From assembly GCA_010093815.1 (NCBI GenBank), contig ML996577.1: a stretch of 64,000 nt of DNA; one strand, written 5' to 3'. This stretch comes from Pseudovirgaria hyperparasitica (Eukaryota). Numbering within the stretch: the stretch's first letter is position 1; each line of letters opens with the position of its first letter. The notes under the pieces were generated by a model. The model saw nothing but the letters and a program-made list of their open reading frames with translations. It did no database searches and was not told the DNA's origin. Made by a program: the position numbers and the translations under genes. Shown one piece after another: positions 63,375 through 64,000 of the stretch.

Positions 63375-64000
63375 TGCAACCGGGCAAGAGTGTTCCCCGG
63401 TCATTTCCTTTGTGTATTCGATAGTTGAGTTTTAGCATGCATGTCTGGCGAACTAGCGTTGGGATATAGGATGGATATAGAGATCATTACACCCTCCTGA
63501 GAATTGAGGACTAGGAAGAATCTAAGTTTTCATCATCATTACCACCACGACTGTTCATGACTGATCAATTCATTGTTTGAAAACTCTGTCGCCAAAACGC
63601 ATCAGAAAGCTATTAATCGGTTGTAAATGCTGCTGCATGTACACCAGCAGAACACACGACGGGAACACTAGATTAATTAGCAAGCGTGTTATATATATTC
63701 TGTTACGGTCGTGTCGAGAACTTCATGCGGCATGTGGACCGCAGTGTCATTCAGTCTGCCCTTGGACACATATTCCAATATTGCAGCTGGCGTGATTGTG
63801 CAGGTAGTGTCAAGATGTGGCGCTGTGGGTACGTAGGTATGTACCGATTCAGAAGGTGCGGGTACTGGAAATAAGAGTGATCTTTCCTGTGACACCTCAC
63901 CTCCACGCTCTGTGAGACCGTGCGTGGAAGTGGAGTGTGGTTGTAGGTAAGGGATGAGCTGTTTGGGAATGGGGAGACATGGCCTTTGGAATGGGATGTA

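Overview
This is an intron-containing filamentous-ascomycete (Pezizomycotina-type) chromosome segment. It carries about 25 protein-coding genes, one tRNA-Ala(AGC) and a 9-bp minisatellite spanning an assembly gap. I saw no recognisable transposon, rRNA or CRISPR array. Family calls come from my recognition of motifs, not from database searches. The best candidate for an undescribed system is a compact three-gene cluster at 20.7-28.6 kb. It comprises a secreted GH3 enzyme that closely resembles the isoprimeverose-producing oligoxyloglucan hydrolase IpeA, a divergently transcribed MFS sugar porter, and a cytosolic YicI/AxyA-type GH31 alpha-xylosidase, with XlnR-type CGGNTAAW sites in the promoters. 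It reads as a make-import-cleave module for isoprimeverose (xyloglucan) and nominates a fungal isoprimeverose transporter. Other notable items: a chain of three stop/start-overlapping uORFs running into the ATG of an HGT1-like transporter; a spliced Ric-8-like gene lacking conserved C-terminal motifs; three small Cys/His microproteins (two in tandem); a spliced orphan with a SAM-like domain; and a recurring base-composition shift at convergent gene ends.
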